Assembly (NCBI GenBank): GCA_053919585.1
Contig: CM132786.1
Length of the DNA stretch: 64,000 nt
Source of the DNA: Euprymna scolopes
Taxonomy: Eukaryota
Reading direction: 5' to 3' (one strand)
Part shown: positions 36,905-51,079 of the stretch, piece after piece
Layout of the letters: the number at the start of each line of letters is the position of its first letter
Numbering within the stretch: position 1 is the first letter of the stretch
Notes under the pieces: model-generated
What the model was told of the DNA's origin: nothing
The model's input: the letters and a program-made list of their open reading frames with translations, nothing else
Database searches by the model: none
Program-made: the position numbers and the translations under genes

Positions 36905-38450
36905 TAACTGTACAGTTAAATAGATAGAATTCACATGGTCAATAATGTTTGAACATTTTCCTAATGTGGTCAGAGTACGAATGAGTCATATCGCAACCAC
37001 GTTGCTGGCTTTAGTTGCCTTCATCCAAATGTTATTTACTCATTCCATGTATGCATTGGCCAATACTGGAGAAATGATTTTCCCTATCGTTAGATCTTAT
37101 TCCTGCCAATATATATCAGATCCCATCACGAATTATGTAGTTTTTATACAGAAGTTAAACATGCCCATTATATTGTCAATTGGGATGCAAGTGCGCTTCT
37201 TTAATGAGGCATTAGAAGTCAACTTGTCCCACACCACTGTAAGAGTCTCATCAATGGGTACTTTTTTTAACATATTCATTACATCTACTCACAATCTGGT
37301 TGGAATGAAGGGGGGCATTGTTTATTATTTGCACGAAGTGAGCTGAAAACTTGACGTATGATGATTGATGTGATTATATCTACCATGAATTGTCAGTATG
37401 GAGGATATGCTGAACCTTAGGTGCTAACAATGGGCCTAAATGAAAATTCCGTCTTTATGAATCTTGGGGAGGCAGTATAGCTCTGGTAGTTTGTTTTAAT
37501 GTTTTACTAGCTGTCTGTATTTTGCAGATGGTATTAGATCTTTTTTTCTTATGGAAGATTTCCGTTTTTAAGGTCGGTTTCTTTCTCACTTACCAGTAAC
37601 CACTAGATTCTGTGTAATTGGTCAATTCATCAAAATATTCTGCCTTACCCATTAACACTGCAGCATTATCTTTGTTTACTGGTAGTATTATGATATCACT
37701 GTCACCGCACAGTCTTAATAGGCAATACTTAATTTTAACGGTTCGGTAATAAAAGCTTTGATTTCTCGAGTGCTTGCTTCAATTTCCACCTTAATTCATC
37801 TACTGGTGCTTTCGGTTTATTCAAAGCTGTCTCTACTATTGGAGCTATCATATCTAAGTATGGAATCTGCTAGATGGTTGTGTGTAGCTGAGAACTTGTT
37901 TAGCACCGGTTACTCAGATGGAGTTAGCTGACGTTGACAATATCTCTTATTGGTTAATGGTAGACCGCAATTTTTACGTACTGTCCTTTTAGATGTTTAA
38001 TTTATTTATTTGGTGAGATTTTACCTCATTAATTCTTTTTTATTTGAAATGTCCAGATATTTATAAATACGGGTTTTGTAATCAGTCTGAGATATACTCT
38101 CCAGGAAGGGGGCGAGGTTGTTTGAAATTCTGGTCTATCATTGATGTTTTTTTAACCGACTGTTGTGGGTCCTTTCTTGGACGAGTTCATGCCCTAATAG
38201 TTTTGCAATCATTTGTGTAGTGTCAACGTCAAGCTATGTGCCAATAGACTGAGATCACGGCATTGGCATATAAAAGTAAGGAGATTAATTATCTTTGCCA
38301 GTGTTTTATGTATAATTTTCGATTTATTTCCATTTTTATTATATCGGGTTTGTGCCAAATTGATATGACATTTCTGAATTTCTTAGACAAAAATAAGTTA
38401 ATTGTATTTTTTGAATTCGCATCGTCAGTGTAATTTTACGCCAGATTTTG
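36905..38450 (-). mobile_element. Penelope-like element, 5' half (RT)
   Basis: Minus strand: DSDIIILPVNKDNAAVLMGKAEY (compare ..IIL.ADKG...V), LPKIHK, RPIVS, PVLANAYME, WLRY, IDHVNSI..VQ ending at the LTR junction. Confidence 0.8.
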
Positions 38451-38767
38451 GTTGATAAAACGTCCCACTTTCTTCAGATGTGTCTTGTTGAACTCGGGAA
38501 TGTTTAAGGCTCCTAAAAATCGTACTAGAATTGTCAGTAAGGACCCGTGTCACAGTGGTTGGAGTATATGAAAAATCAATTGTAAAAGTTATATTCGCAT
38601 GAAGTTTGAATGTTCAATTCTCGGTGTGGGTGACCCAAAAATACAATTGCGAATTACTTAGGAATTCTCTTCAGTAATGGCTGACGAAATAAGAGCGGAC
38701 TATCTACGGGAAGTAAATAAAGGGTTCCGTTCGAAATTCAGTCCTAATTCTCAAGTTCGACAGGATG

Positions 38768-38810
38768 TACATGAAAAAGTTCGGAGGCTACATCGACCGA
38801 AACGTAGTGA
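38768..38810 (+). ncRNA. Degenerate hammerhead-ribozyme-like motif in a probable Penelope pLTR
   Basis: CATGAAAAAGTTCGGAGGCTACATCGACCGAAACGT: stem II remnant plus CGAAAC, but the CUGANGA core is mutated. Confidence 0.4.
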
Positions 38811-39039
38811 AAATCTCACTCAAGATCAGAACAGCATTTCAATGAATCCAAATTATACGAATAAAATGTTTCGATAATTAAAAACTCCTTTACTTTATTT
38901 TCCCAACACGCCAAACATGCTGTTGCACTAAATATGTCACAACTAGACAATATCGTTTCACTGTTGCTTTTTTACCACAAATAATACACATAATCTTCTA
39001 TTTGACACGGAATTTGAGGGGATATTATATAATAGGTAA

Positions 39040-39180
39040 ACAGGGAGATTTCTCTAAAGTATATACTTGAACTTCTGCATGCCAGTAATGTCAGGGCAGC
39101 AGGTGGTAAAGAATGGGATTCCAAAATCAAACAGTTCGAGGAAGAAACTAAGATTCAGTATCGAATAAGTTTTTGCGTTA
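39040..39180 (-). mobile_element. Short CR1-type 3' fragment
   Basis: Minus strand TTCTTCCTCGAACTG...TGGAAT...GCAGAAGTTCAAGT matches the 3' coding end of the copies at ~31470-31550 and ~11290. Confidence 0.6.
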
Positions 39181-42100
39181 ATAAAGGACACGTTTCTAAA
39201 TTATATTTTGTAAAGTATTATTCAGTTGAACTAGTGGTTTGAGTAATTGAACAAAATAGAATTTATTTGAATAATCTAGAACCATGAAACTCGAATTAGC
39301 AAAAAATATGTATATACAGTTTTCATAACAAGAATTTAATGAATAAATCATAGAGTGAATATACATTTACTTTATTTTATTGAATTTTTGATGTAATCGA
39401 TCTATTCGCGATGGAAAATACACATTTTTGAGTAATAAAATCTATAGAAAGCAATTTCAATAAAAATGGATTTTATAAACTTATAAATCGAATTTTGTAG
39501 GAGACGTATGAAAATCATTATTTAATATTTGTAATTACAAAATTGCATGCATATAAGTTCTTTCTCCATTCTGTTTGGAAAAATCATGAAGGCTTAATTT
39601 TCTAGAAAAGATTATTTAATAGCGTTTTTATAATCTATTATATATGATCAAGTAACAGGGAGACTCGTACCAGATTACTTTAAGATCAACAGATGCTCCA
39701 CACTTCCAATATATCAAAATCGATGAAAGTGCGTATTATACTATCAAACCAATTAGTTACTTGCTTTAGTCAGGAAATTCCCACAGTTCACTGAGAGAAG
39801 AATGCACGTCTCCCCCTGCAGTCTAAGTCTACAATGCATTGAATTCTACATTGCACTATAGAGAACCTATTGTTGATGTTATAAATTTGTTTTCCTATAA
39901 TGGTTTTAATTAATGTTTTAAATGTAAAAGTTAAGTATCATATTGAACACTGCTATAAACAGAAATCTTCATTTCCTTTGTCTTATCAAAGAAGCTACAG
40001 TTGATTCTAGACGCGGGGTGTTTCTGCTTGTGCAGTGATAAAACTTATCAAATGCAATTTTGATGCCTGGTGGTATCACAGTGTTTACGTTGGTCAAAAT
40101 CTGACTGCTCTTTCTTTAATAGTATTATCGATTTTCGCTATACATTGGAGGCATTTAGATACAAAACCTTTCTAAGACGATTTGGATAAGCATCAAGTGT
40201 ATTCGTGTGAAATTCTTACAAAGTCAATACAGTTGTGTGTGAATTCGTAAGGAACGAAGTAACACACAAAGTGCGCTTATATATAAGAAGTCATGGTTTA
40301 TCTAACATTGTCATAATCTTTTGATGAAGATGAATATCAAATTTAGTTTCAATAATCACTTACTCGATTATAACTAATGTATTTTATCGTATCGTTTTGA
40401 AATATTAATCATCATACACCTGTCACGCTGTCATCAGTTGTAGTCTTTACAAATGACCCATCAATAAAATAAAAGCATTGATAGTAAACATTGCATGTTA
40501 ATAATGAGTATTATAGATTAATAATAAAATGTTTCCTATTGTGCACTTTAGAAAATAATTTTGAACTATTCTGCACGTTCTACTGACAATTATCGGGGGT
40601 TAATTTGGCACACGCTACCCAAAGAATGGCTACTGTTACGAAAATTAGCTGCAAAAATTCAGACGCACTGCTGGCAATGCTGCCAAATTCAAATTCCAAA
40701 TAGTCTCTAAAAATCAGAATTTTCATTGAAATCGAAATCGTCTCATTTGAATATAAGGCGATAAGATAGCAAGCGTTTAAAAAAAGCAGCAGTTCTCGTA
40801 GCTTTATACTTTTCGCCTGCCATCGGGCATTACAGACATTTAAAATTAGATTTGTAATAATCTCTAAAGCATTTAATCGCACATATTAATAAGAACCTTA
40901 GTTTTAAATCAAATATATCACAGAAAATGCCGTGTAGTGTAGTATGGTTTGTTGCCATAATACCGCATTATCATACATTACTTCTTTTCTAAAATATAAA
41001 AACGTGTGCCATACATCTGTTCTTCATAAGTACAAGCGAAAGTATATGACCAGAAGAACATATTTTTGCTAGTTTAGAAAACTTAGTCAATTTTTACTAT
41101 GGCGTATAGTATACTAATTATATAGTGTATTATTGAGACAGTCTGCTAAAGATTTAACTGCGACATTGGATTTTTTACTGCAAAATTTTGTCTCCTCATC
41201 CACTGAAGGAGAAATCATTCTCAACAGAGGCAATGTAAATATTTGTCCCCATCCAATGCGTTACAATCTTAAAATTAGTCTGTGCCTCTAACTCTACCAA
41301 CATCGAGTGACAGACCATTAATCTCCCAATCAAAGACTTGCATTAATTCTGCAGTTTTATCATGTGTTCATATCTGTAATGTCTACAGCGTGATAAAACT
41401 ATGGTCATATACGCGTTCCGATAGTGTGCACGGTGTACCAGGAGAAATTTTTACTGCGTAACAGTTCCAGTCAAGAACTATTTCTTTACAAGGTAAATAA
41501 AAATTGTTGGAAAAATTGTTACTACGTGATAAAGCTTTAATGACAAAAACATTGTTTCACATGATAAAGTGCTACACAAACCAGCATTTTAGTATGAAAC
41601 GTGTTTGTTTTTTTGTTGTTTTTTTTTTTGCATTAACAAAAATTTTAGATCTGAGTGGCATTTAAATTTGAAGGATTACCAAGGCAGAAGCCGATGAAAT
41701 GACGTGGCACGCAGAAGGGGTTGTGTTTGACTAAGAGTTATTTACCATTTCATAAAAAAATTTCGACGCAATTTTACTCTCGATTCGATCGAGAGTAATT
41801 TGTTTAGAAATTATTTTGGATACTATTATTTGTGTTAAAAATTATTTATTAAGTTGCACTTGTTTCTACTTAAATAAAATACAAATACTTCTATGGTTGC
41901 ATAACCTGCGTACATTCCATGAAATATATTTAAGAAAGAAATATGTTTTTATAAAACTGATATTTTCTGAAATGATGCAAATAATTGTTTGTTTGTTGTT
42001 GACGGAAACCATAACACGCAGCAAATATAAGTTTATAACCATTCATATGGAAATAGTGTCAGTTGTATTTTAAATTTATGGCTAACCGAAATAAAATATA

Positions 42101-45100
42101 TTAATAAATGATAAATACTCCAAAATAATATGGTGCTATATTTTTCTAATACAAATAATAACATCACATTGTAAGAGGCAATCTCTTGACGGACAATGCT
42201 TTTGTTGTTGGTCTTGTTTCTTTCGAATACTTTATTTTCTTACTTAATGTTTCGTTGATTTCCTTTGTCAGTGAAGGTGTGCTGCCCGTCAAAGTTAGTA
42301 CGAGTTACTGCTCTGAAAATTTTTCAACAAAGCACATGTATAATTATAATGATATTCTAAAACGAGGCTACATAAATTTAGGGACATATTTTTGTCCCGG
42401 GTTGCCGAATAAGCCTTTTTATGGCCAAACTTTGTGAAGTTGGCGTTTATGACGCAGTTGTACCTTGTAGAATTGTATTTGTATTTTTCAATGCGTAACG
42501 TACGCATTAAATTAGAAAAAAGCAGAATATTATATAGATCCATACTTAGTTTTGTATATTTATTTAAAATACTCTTTAGATGCGAGACAATTTTTTTACG
42601 CCGAAATCATTTAAAAACACTAAATATTGTTGTTAGATCGCTTTACGACAATTTTATTATTTTATGTCATCGTTCGTTTGTACCTCACTGAAAAGAAAAG
42701 AGAATATATGAAAAAAATGTATTTTTTCAACTGAGATTACAGTTTGAAAACATTCAATAAAACGCTTCTAAAAGAAGTCGATGATGATGAGTACTTAGGA
42801 GCTTTCATCGCATATTATTGAAAGATTACAACATCAGAAAGGGGATGGTAGTGACTGCTTCTCAGTATTAATGCAAAACATGGACATCTCAGCAAAAATA
42901 TTAAATGAAAAAAATTCAAATCCATAATATAGGTCATCCTCCCCTCTCGCTCGAAAACATTTTTTTCTTCATAAAATGGTACATATACTCGCTTTTTGTG
43001 AACTCATCGAAATCTATCATGCAGATGTGTCCAATCAAATAACACATCTATGGAGAACTATCATTTACAGGATCTACTGCCAAAGAAGTTGTCAGTCTGT
43101 AAGCCATGGTTCTAGAGACCCACTCCAGAAATAGAATGTTCATATAGCTAGATGACATTGCAATGGATCCCATTGTTTAGAGGTCGGATATGGGATCAGT
43201 CAAGGGGTAACGGAATGTGTGGCTTGAGTGTGTGAACTCCATCATTTCAATAATTATTATAATATGAATCCTATTCTAAAACATTTTTGTCCTCTTTCTG
43301 CTTGAGCATTCCATTTATTTCTTAGCTAATATCGGTCATTATCATAGACATAAATAATTTTTAAAAGTATAAGAATCGATGGCAAATATAAAATTAATAT
43401 CCTTATATTTTAACATTTTCTACAAATGTTAAAATAAATGTTGGGAAACTCAACATAGTCAAGTACTTTAACTAATGCGAACGTGTTGTTTTAGCCTATA
43501 AACACGTTTATTATTTTACTTTATTTCATCCGCATTATCTTTTATCATTTTCTAATTCCGATCTTCACGTTGTTTGTTAATACAAATAACTAAAACAAAC
43601 ATGGGCAAATGAGATTGTCATACAATATTTTTATTATGATATATATGCGTTGGTTTATAAGTAATAGCCTATAAAAAACGTTCTGATTGATCTGCAAGGC
43701 TTATCCTAAAAGTTTTATGGTTAAACGGACAGTTATGCTAAAACAATCTTATTACATCAACCATTTTCATTACATTTATTTCTGTTATGTACAATATTGT
43801 GTCCACGTCTTCTGCCTATGTTGACAGATATTCACTAAATTTCATCCGCAATCAGTTAAAACATATTTTATCTTAAAGATCGTAGAACAAGGTTTAAAGT
43901 TCAGTCTCACTTTTGACGAGAAGGTCTGTTTTGTTAATTGTACTTGGCGAAGACCTTCGTTAAAAAGACCTATTCACAATAAAACCACGTCATGCACGTG
44001 CTATAAAAAATAAGATCCATAGAAGAATACATCTACAGATAATGAATGCAAGTCTTTTATATAAAACACATTCGACATAAATTACAACTAAATTGAAAGC
44101 GAGAAAAATAAGATAAACGATTCGTACTGAAACTGAATGTTGTTGAACATTAAATAAAAAAGGAAACAGGAAATAACCCTAAAAGAAAATGCGTTAAAAA
44201 CAAACAAACATCGCGTTGTTTTATATATTTCAAGTTTACCTAATTTTAATATTTAGACAATAATTCTGCCGATATGTTGACTATGAACTAAATGAACGTA
44301 TTTTTACACATTTATTTTAATAAAACATAGAAATCAAACGATGCCGATTACATATATATAAGCATAATCAAGTTTTGAATGCTTTACCTTCCAATGTCTA
44401 TTTAATTTTTACCTTGAAAACAGCCGCAGCGTCTCATAATAATGCTTTGTGTATTATATTGCATATATTTAATTGGATTTCTACATATAGGAAATAAAAT
44501 CAGGTCGTATAGTGTTAACGACGTTTTAGCCATAAGTTAATGTCACATGTTTTAGTATGGCGGTAGATGAATCCCACCGGACGCCCTCGTTTATTCTCTT
44601 GATTTCAGTTTTCGTTTTTGTTAAATGGCTTAGCTACTTTACACGGGTTGCTCTTCGTGAAGTTAGATTAATGGTCTTAACTCACCACTGTTAAATATCT
44701 TACTTCTTATAAGACACCTTGACAGGCCTAATATTATAGAAGGCTTCAATAATTTAAAGTAGTAATAATTTTAGCAATATTGTTCCTCATCACACTATAT
44801 TAAGAAGCGTTTTAATGCATAGCAAGAACTTAAGTGCATCGTCAGGATGCATCCACCTGCTTGACAACATTAAAGTAACCCATTGTCTCAGTTTAATCTC
44901 ACTTGTCCATATTGTATGAAACATTTATAAAAGCATGGCATAAAAACGTTATGTTGCTGAACAGATAAAATACTAGGTAGCATTCACTTCACAGTTACAC
45001 TGTTATAGGGATTAAAGGTTCAATCCTCAGTGCGGGTTGTACTAAGAATTCAATTGCGGATTACTTAAGACTTCTGCTCGATCCTGGTTAAAATGATGGG

Positions 45101-46084
45101 AGCATTCTATCCCCTGGATTATATAAATGATCCTGTTTTAATTTCCGTGAAGATGCCCGAGAGGAATAACCCAAGCATTAGACAAAATAAAACAGGAGAA
45201 GGGTCGAAGTAAGATCGGTTAAACACCGTGAAAATAACACTCAAGACGGGAATCGTAGTCCGAAGCACCCAAGCAAATGGAAAAACTGATAACTGAAAAT
45301 GAATTTATTTGATAAATTAGGTATTTTTGCGTGATATTAAGTGTTATTAAAGAGCATCAACTCTATTCATCAAATTGGGAAAATCGGATGTTGAGACTTC
45401 ATCTAAACATTAACAATGCCCGGATTTTAATATTTATGTCATGGTCAGATTTTTATATTCTACTTATACTGCAACAATATGCACCAGGCTATAATATGAA
45501 GCAAGGATCTATATTCTACAGAATCAAAGTTAACTTTAAGATATTGATAAAAATATTGATATGTTAAAATAACATAATTATGGCAATTGGTTCAACGATG
45601 ATACACAAACAAAAAATGTAAATATGCTAAACGTTACCAAAAACATCACTTCCTCGTGTGAAATCAGAGGAACCGGATAAGTTCCTGCTTCATATTTCTC
45701 CCATACCTTACGCTACATGATATCTGTTTAGTGTATTTTCAATTTCCCACAAAAGGAATATCGCTGATGTATTTGTTAAAGAGAAAAACTATTTATTTAT
45801 GGGCAGATGTTTTTCTATTCTGTTGGTAGATGTTATGAATTAATATGCTGCCTCGTTGCTGCGAAGTAAGTAAGTAAAAAAAAAAAAAGTTAACAAACAA
45901 AATATTTTCTACAGGAAGTTGTTCAATATTTATGAGCTTTTGCCAATGTATGATTCATGCTTGGGATATTGGTCCGGCCAAACACTATGTGGCGAATAGG
46001 TTTAAAGTGCACACCGTATATATTGAAAGCGAGAAAGGAAATATGGAAAAAAGAGAAAGAAAACCTGTGACAGTTTTATAAAAT

Positions 46085-46128
46085 GATCAACGTTTCCTCC
46101 CCGTTTACGGGAACATCCTCAGGAAAAT
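46085..46128 (-). ncRNA. Minimal hammerhead-ribozyme-like motif
   Basis: Minus strand CCTGAGGA-T-GTTCCCG-TAAA-CGGGGAG-GAAAC-GTT: core CUGANGA and GAAA intact, stem II nearly perfect, G10.1-C11.1 pair broken, stem I not evident. Confidence 0.5.
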
Positions 46129-46759
46129 AATAAGGATGAATAAGGAAAAGAAAATATATAATGTGTCATTTATCTTTTTTATATACTTTTCTTATAAAAT
46201 GATCCAGAACTTCTAGAACCTCACGCGATTTTTCTTGATTAACGTGGTGATTGCTAAAATACTCGATTTACCTTCGATAATCAGGTTGGGAATGTTTTTT
46301 TTTAAAGCAATTATGTACGTTTCTATTACGGTCCTATTTTAAAAGGAAATACTTTATAACCAAGAGCGTAATAAGTATTGGATACCTCCAAAATCAACAC
46401 TATTTTCCTGAGCTGTCAAAACTTCATTCTCATCATTTGCTTTCAATCTGTGTTTTAAAGTCCCATGCTATTAAATTCAAACTATAAAATTCACTATTTA
46501 CTCTGTCTTATCGTTGATGGATATCAGTTGTCTTACACGGGAAACGTTAAATGCGCTTTTAAGCTAAGGAAGTGTCCTTTACATCTCTATTGCTGCACTG
46601 TCGGTTTTTATTATGCTTTCTTTATTCTAGAAGACAAATGTGATGAAAAAAATCGCCATATTGAATATTAGAGGAAAATGCGTAGCCGTGTTGTAGTAGT
46701 TACTGCAGCCGTCTTACATCTCTGTACACCATGTTCTGCCAAAGGTAATCCAATCTATT

Positions 46760-49700
46760 TATAAGTTGTTTTTACAAAGGTCCAGGCGCCACTGAACCAT
46801 AAGTGTTAATGTGTTTATTGTAGTTATTGGGATAGTAGCGTAGTAATCGTTGTGGTGAAAATTTAGTATAATGAAATTATTTACGAGGACGGTTCAATAA
46901 GAAATTGTTTACGTTGGACTTAGTTATGAGAATATTGCAGTTTGCTGGAAAGCGGACCACTGCCACAGAGTTCAACGGACGAGCATTTTATGAAATAAAG
47001 CTTTGTGGATGCAATGCACGTTTAGGTTTATGCACCGATTGAAAGTGGGAAAATTTATTGATAGTAATTTTGATTAGATGATTGTTTTTTTGTAAAAAAA
47101 TTGGCGAGTGGGGACAATAAATTGGAGCTCAAGCGAACATTTGCCATAAGAACAACGAAAGAGCAAAGACAGACTAGCAACATCTCTTCTGTGGAAATGC
47201 TGTAGAAAAGAGAAAAAAATATAGGCTAATAGATTACGAAGTCGTCTTTGAACTTTGTCAAAAGACGATATGCTGCTCTGGGCAGCTCCTGTCCAGAAGT
47301 GCATACACTACTCAACCTACGACGAACTTTGTCTCTCATACAGGCATAGAGATGCATTGGCAATAATATATTTACTCGAGCGCTAAAATGTTCCAACCAT
47401 TTTTTCCGGCAGCCTTGGCAACGGATTTGATGTATGCTTTCCATTTCACATCAGGACCAAGAAGATTGTTTAAACATAGAGCGTCCTAAATACTAGAGAC
47501 GTTCATTTAAATACGGACCAGATGTAGGTCAGAGCATTGATGATGGAAGTAGAGAAGCTTTATTTTCGATGCATTAATATTAACCAGGGATCTTTTCCGC
47601 AATCGAACTACGTTCCCAAGATATAAAAAAGGGGGTATGAGAGATCTAATCTATTACCAACCTTAAAAGTGTTGATATAGATGAAAATATCGTCAGCATA
47701 AATGAATGATCTAAGAATATAATTTGGGAGATCGTTGATGGATATCAGTAAGAAAGTTGAGTTTAAGATGGAACCTTGAAGTATACTCGCATTGATACTG
47801 TGAGTTCTGACTTCTGCCTGTCAACCACTACTGTTATAAACCTGAGAGGAATCCTATCATAATTGAAAAGATATTTTAACTATTCCCTACTGGAAACCTT
47901 TTGTAGTAGGGGTTTATGCAACACACTATCTAAAGTCTTTAATATGCCTAGAGCAAGGCCCGCGTCGGGAAATTTACTAATCAAAAGAGTAGTAAATCTG
48001 TGATAGATCAACTGTAGTTCTAGCAGAACGGTAACCATATTGCATATAACTGAGTAGGTTTTTCTGTTAAGGTAACTGACAAATTCTCTGTTTTACACAG
48101 ATTCCAGTAGCTTACTCATGACAAGCAGACAACTGATTTGTCTGTATTGAGAGGGAGATGACCGATCGCCTGACTTTTTAATACGGGGCAGTATTGTAAC
48201 TATGGGGCTAGTTCTGATTAAACATTTTGAGCACGATAATTGGAATGTAATCGGGGCCAGTTACTTAACTAAAATAGAGATTTTTTATTATCTTGGCAAC
48301 AACTCGCAGTTATTTCTATGTCGTATTTTGTGTGTTCAGGCGCAGGGGGAAATACAGGAGTTAGGCGGCCTTGATTGAGTTCCTGGCAAAGAGTTTGGAT
48401 TTGTCCGATGCGTATAAAATTACCTCAGATCCATTGACAATTTTTGGGATAGACGGCACGCTTCGTTTCAGCACCGTTGTTATTCGCCCAAACTCATGTT
48501 GTTGCTCAGCTACTTTGGACTTGACAGATTGAGCATACAACACTCTCGCGTTATTAATTTTTGCAGTGGTTGTTGGCAGTCTTAAAGGTGGCTTTGCTCT
48601 CAGTACATCTATTTCGGTGAAAGCAATGGAAATAGTAATTTTAGTTCGCAATGGCAGCGGCACATTCTGGAGAGAACCCCGGCTATGTGTTAAATGTTTG
48701 CTGGGCTTTCTTAGGGGTTATAAATCGGTCTATATTGACAATTAACGGTCAGGTCTGATTCTACAGAGCACACATTCATTTTAAACATGTAGCGCAATAG
48801 TATATCTGATATGAATGTATGGAAGCTACCCCAATAATCCATAGAATATCAATATATTGTATGATGGAGAGGTACATATGAGGATATTACCTTTTGTTTT
48901 TATTTTGACTGACACAACCGGGTGGTTGGACGAGCTAAATGGGGACAGAACGAACGATGTACATAGCTATTGTGAAATTGTCAGAAAAAAGTCTTGGAGG
49001 TGCGCATACTGACTGTTAATGTCGGGCACATGGGTTGGTTTGTGAATAATCTAACTTAGGTCATAGGCGATAGAGAAATAATAACAGAAACTTCCATCAT
49101 CATCCGTTCTGTTTGGGTGGACTAACCACTCAACATTCTGAACATTGCATAAACCACAAATCTGAATGTTGGCTGAAGTACGAGTAGACAGGACGTGGTC
49201 AATTTTCTCAGAGATGCTCTTAAATATAGTAATTCCGCTGGTATGGAGGCGACAGACAGCAAATATAAACAGACAGCAAATATAAACAGACAGCAAATAT
49301 AAACAGACAGCAAATATAAACACGCTGCTTTAAGCAAGTGGTACTCGGGGGCACATATAAGACACATTTGGGTTTTCTCTGCAGATTTCCCTACCACATG
49401 CAAACGATCTCTTATCTAGGCACATATTCCATGCTCATGGTGACTTCTAAGGTCAGATTGTGATATAAAGTTTGAGTATCCTTTACTCGCGAAGTCATCT
49501 AAGGAAACAGTTGGTTCAATGTTAAATTCACACAGGAGTAGTAGGTGTGGTTTGCTCCCCTGTAAATGATTGACGAAGGTTGAAACGGTGACCCCTGCTG
49601 TTTGAGAAGGATATCTGTTAATGGAGATCTAGGGAGGCAGTGGAAGTTTGGAGTTTATTCTTGTTATATTTTTCAGACTTTTCACGATGGAATAAGGACA
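46760..49700 (-). mobile_element. Near full-length decayed CR1(Zenon)-type LINE (subfamily A-like)
   Basis: Minus strand: KPHLLLLCE (EN start), ICCL, IVNGSEVI..DKSKLFARN, QYRQISCLLVMSKLLES, INDLP, YADD (~47690-47701), HRRDVASLSL. Colinear with 24290-26250. Confidence 0.88.
49252..49321. repeat. 17-bp tandem repeat ACAGACAGCAAATATAA x4 inside the LINE endonuclease region
   Basis: Read directly. Confidence 0.95.
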
Positions 49701-50982
49701 TATTTTAAAGAGGTTGTCAGAGTTGATTAGAGAATGACAGAGAAAGAATGTCACATAGTAAAATAGCTTATTTTTGCAAACCCTGATAACAACTGGTCTG
49801 ACAACAAGGTGGGGAGAATGAAAAAAAGGGGGAAAGCATCAGACCCCCAATAAGTATAAAACTGGTGTTACGAGTATGATCAAACTTATATATCACTGGA
49901 TGCATTGAAATAATCCTATAAAACAGGAAATCGGAGTATGAGAAAAGAAATCTACTCTACATCATTGTGTAAGATTGAAACCCTTGTTTTGTTGTCGTAA
50001 CTGCCGCAATTGTTTTGTTGCCATAATTCATATATTTGTGGTTTTAGCGTAATTGACTGATAAATCTTGTTTTGTTCCGGTTCGTTTTATACGTTGGTAT
50101 AGATGTCTCCATCAATTCGCTGTTTTTATAGCTCATCGTATTACAGCTTCGTATTACAGCTTCATTTTTAAACTCCTTTCCAAAAGCGTTGAACTCTCTT
50201 CCTGCTGAGTGTTTTACACTGTATTTAATAGTAGCATTTTCTAAAACAAAGATAAATAGACAGTTACTCTCTTTGAGATAAATTTATTTCCTTCTAGTTT
50301 GCTCCTTACATTAAGTGGCTCAACGCTTTTTCTGTGGGTGAGGGTTTTTTTAATAAGAAGAACAGAACTATTATTGTTATTTAATGATAAGGGACGCATT
50401 TTCAAATTATTACGAGGAATTAGGAATATAAAAATTTTGCATTTCCAAATGAAATTCCTGATGCATAGTATTTCAGAAATAAAGAGTTTTATATGCAATA
50501 TTCTAACTAAATTTGATCGTCACCAAAAAGAATTATGTAAGGGATAACGTGAAGAAAATACAGCTTTTTACACAAGCAACGAAAGAAACAAAAGCACTGA
50601 TGGGATTTTAGTGTTAATGTAGACGGTATTTACAAGTATAATTTGCTGAAAAACAATAATAAGGCAGAATATGTAATGAACAATGAATAAAATCAATCAG
50701 GGCGTTAAAAGGGGAGAATAAAGAATGAGATAGCCATATATAATATTATGTAATATTATGTAATATTATAAAACGTTCGTAGGAAGGACCCACAGTTACA
50801 CATCAACACCTACACGCACAGCTACGAACACACAGATTGACACACATAGCTACACATAAAACTACACACATCTAGACACGCAGCTACACAGGCAACTACA
50901 CATATAGCAACACATACTTTGGTTTTACTTGGTTACAAATTTGTTTTCGTTTTTTATTCTACTATTGCTACTCGTCTATTTC

Positions 50983-51075
50983 AAACAATAACAGAATTGA
51001 CGAAAAACAATGACAGAATTGACGAACAAACAATGACAGAATTGACGAACAAACAATGACAGAATTGACAAACAA
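50983..51075. repeat. 22-23-bp tandem repeat AAACAATGACAGAATTGACGAAC x4
   Basis: Read directly. Confidence 0.92.
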
Positions 51076-51079
51076 AGTT

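Noticed and set aside
44970-45130. B-box-like motifs suggesting SINE/tRNA (also ~16770, ~59050)
   Set aside because: No convincing A box, cloverleaf or second copy in the window.
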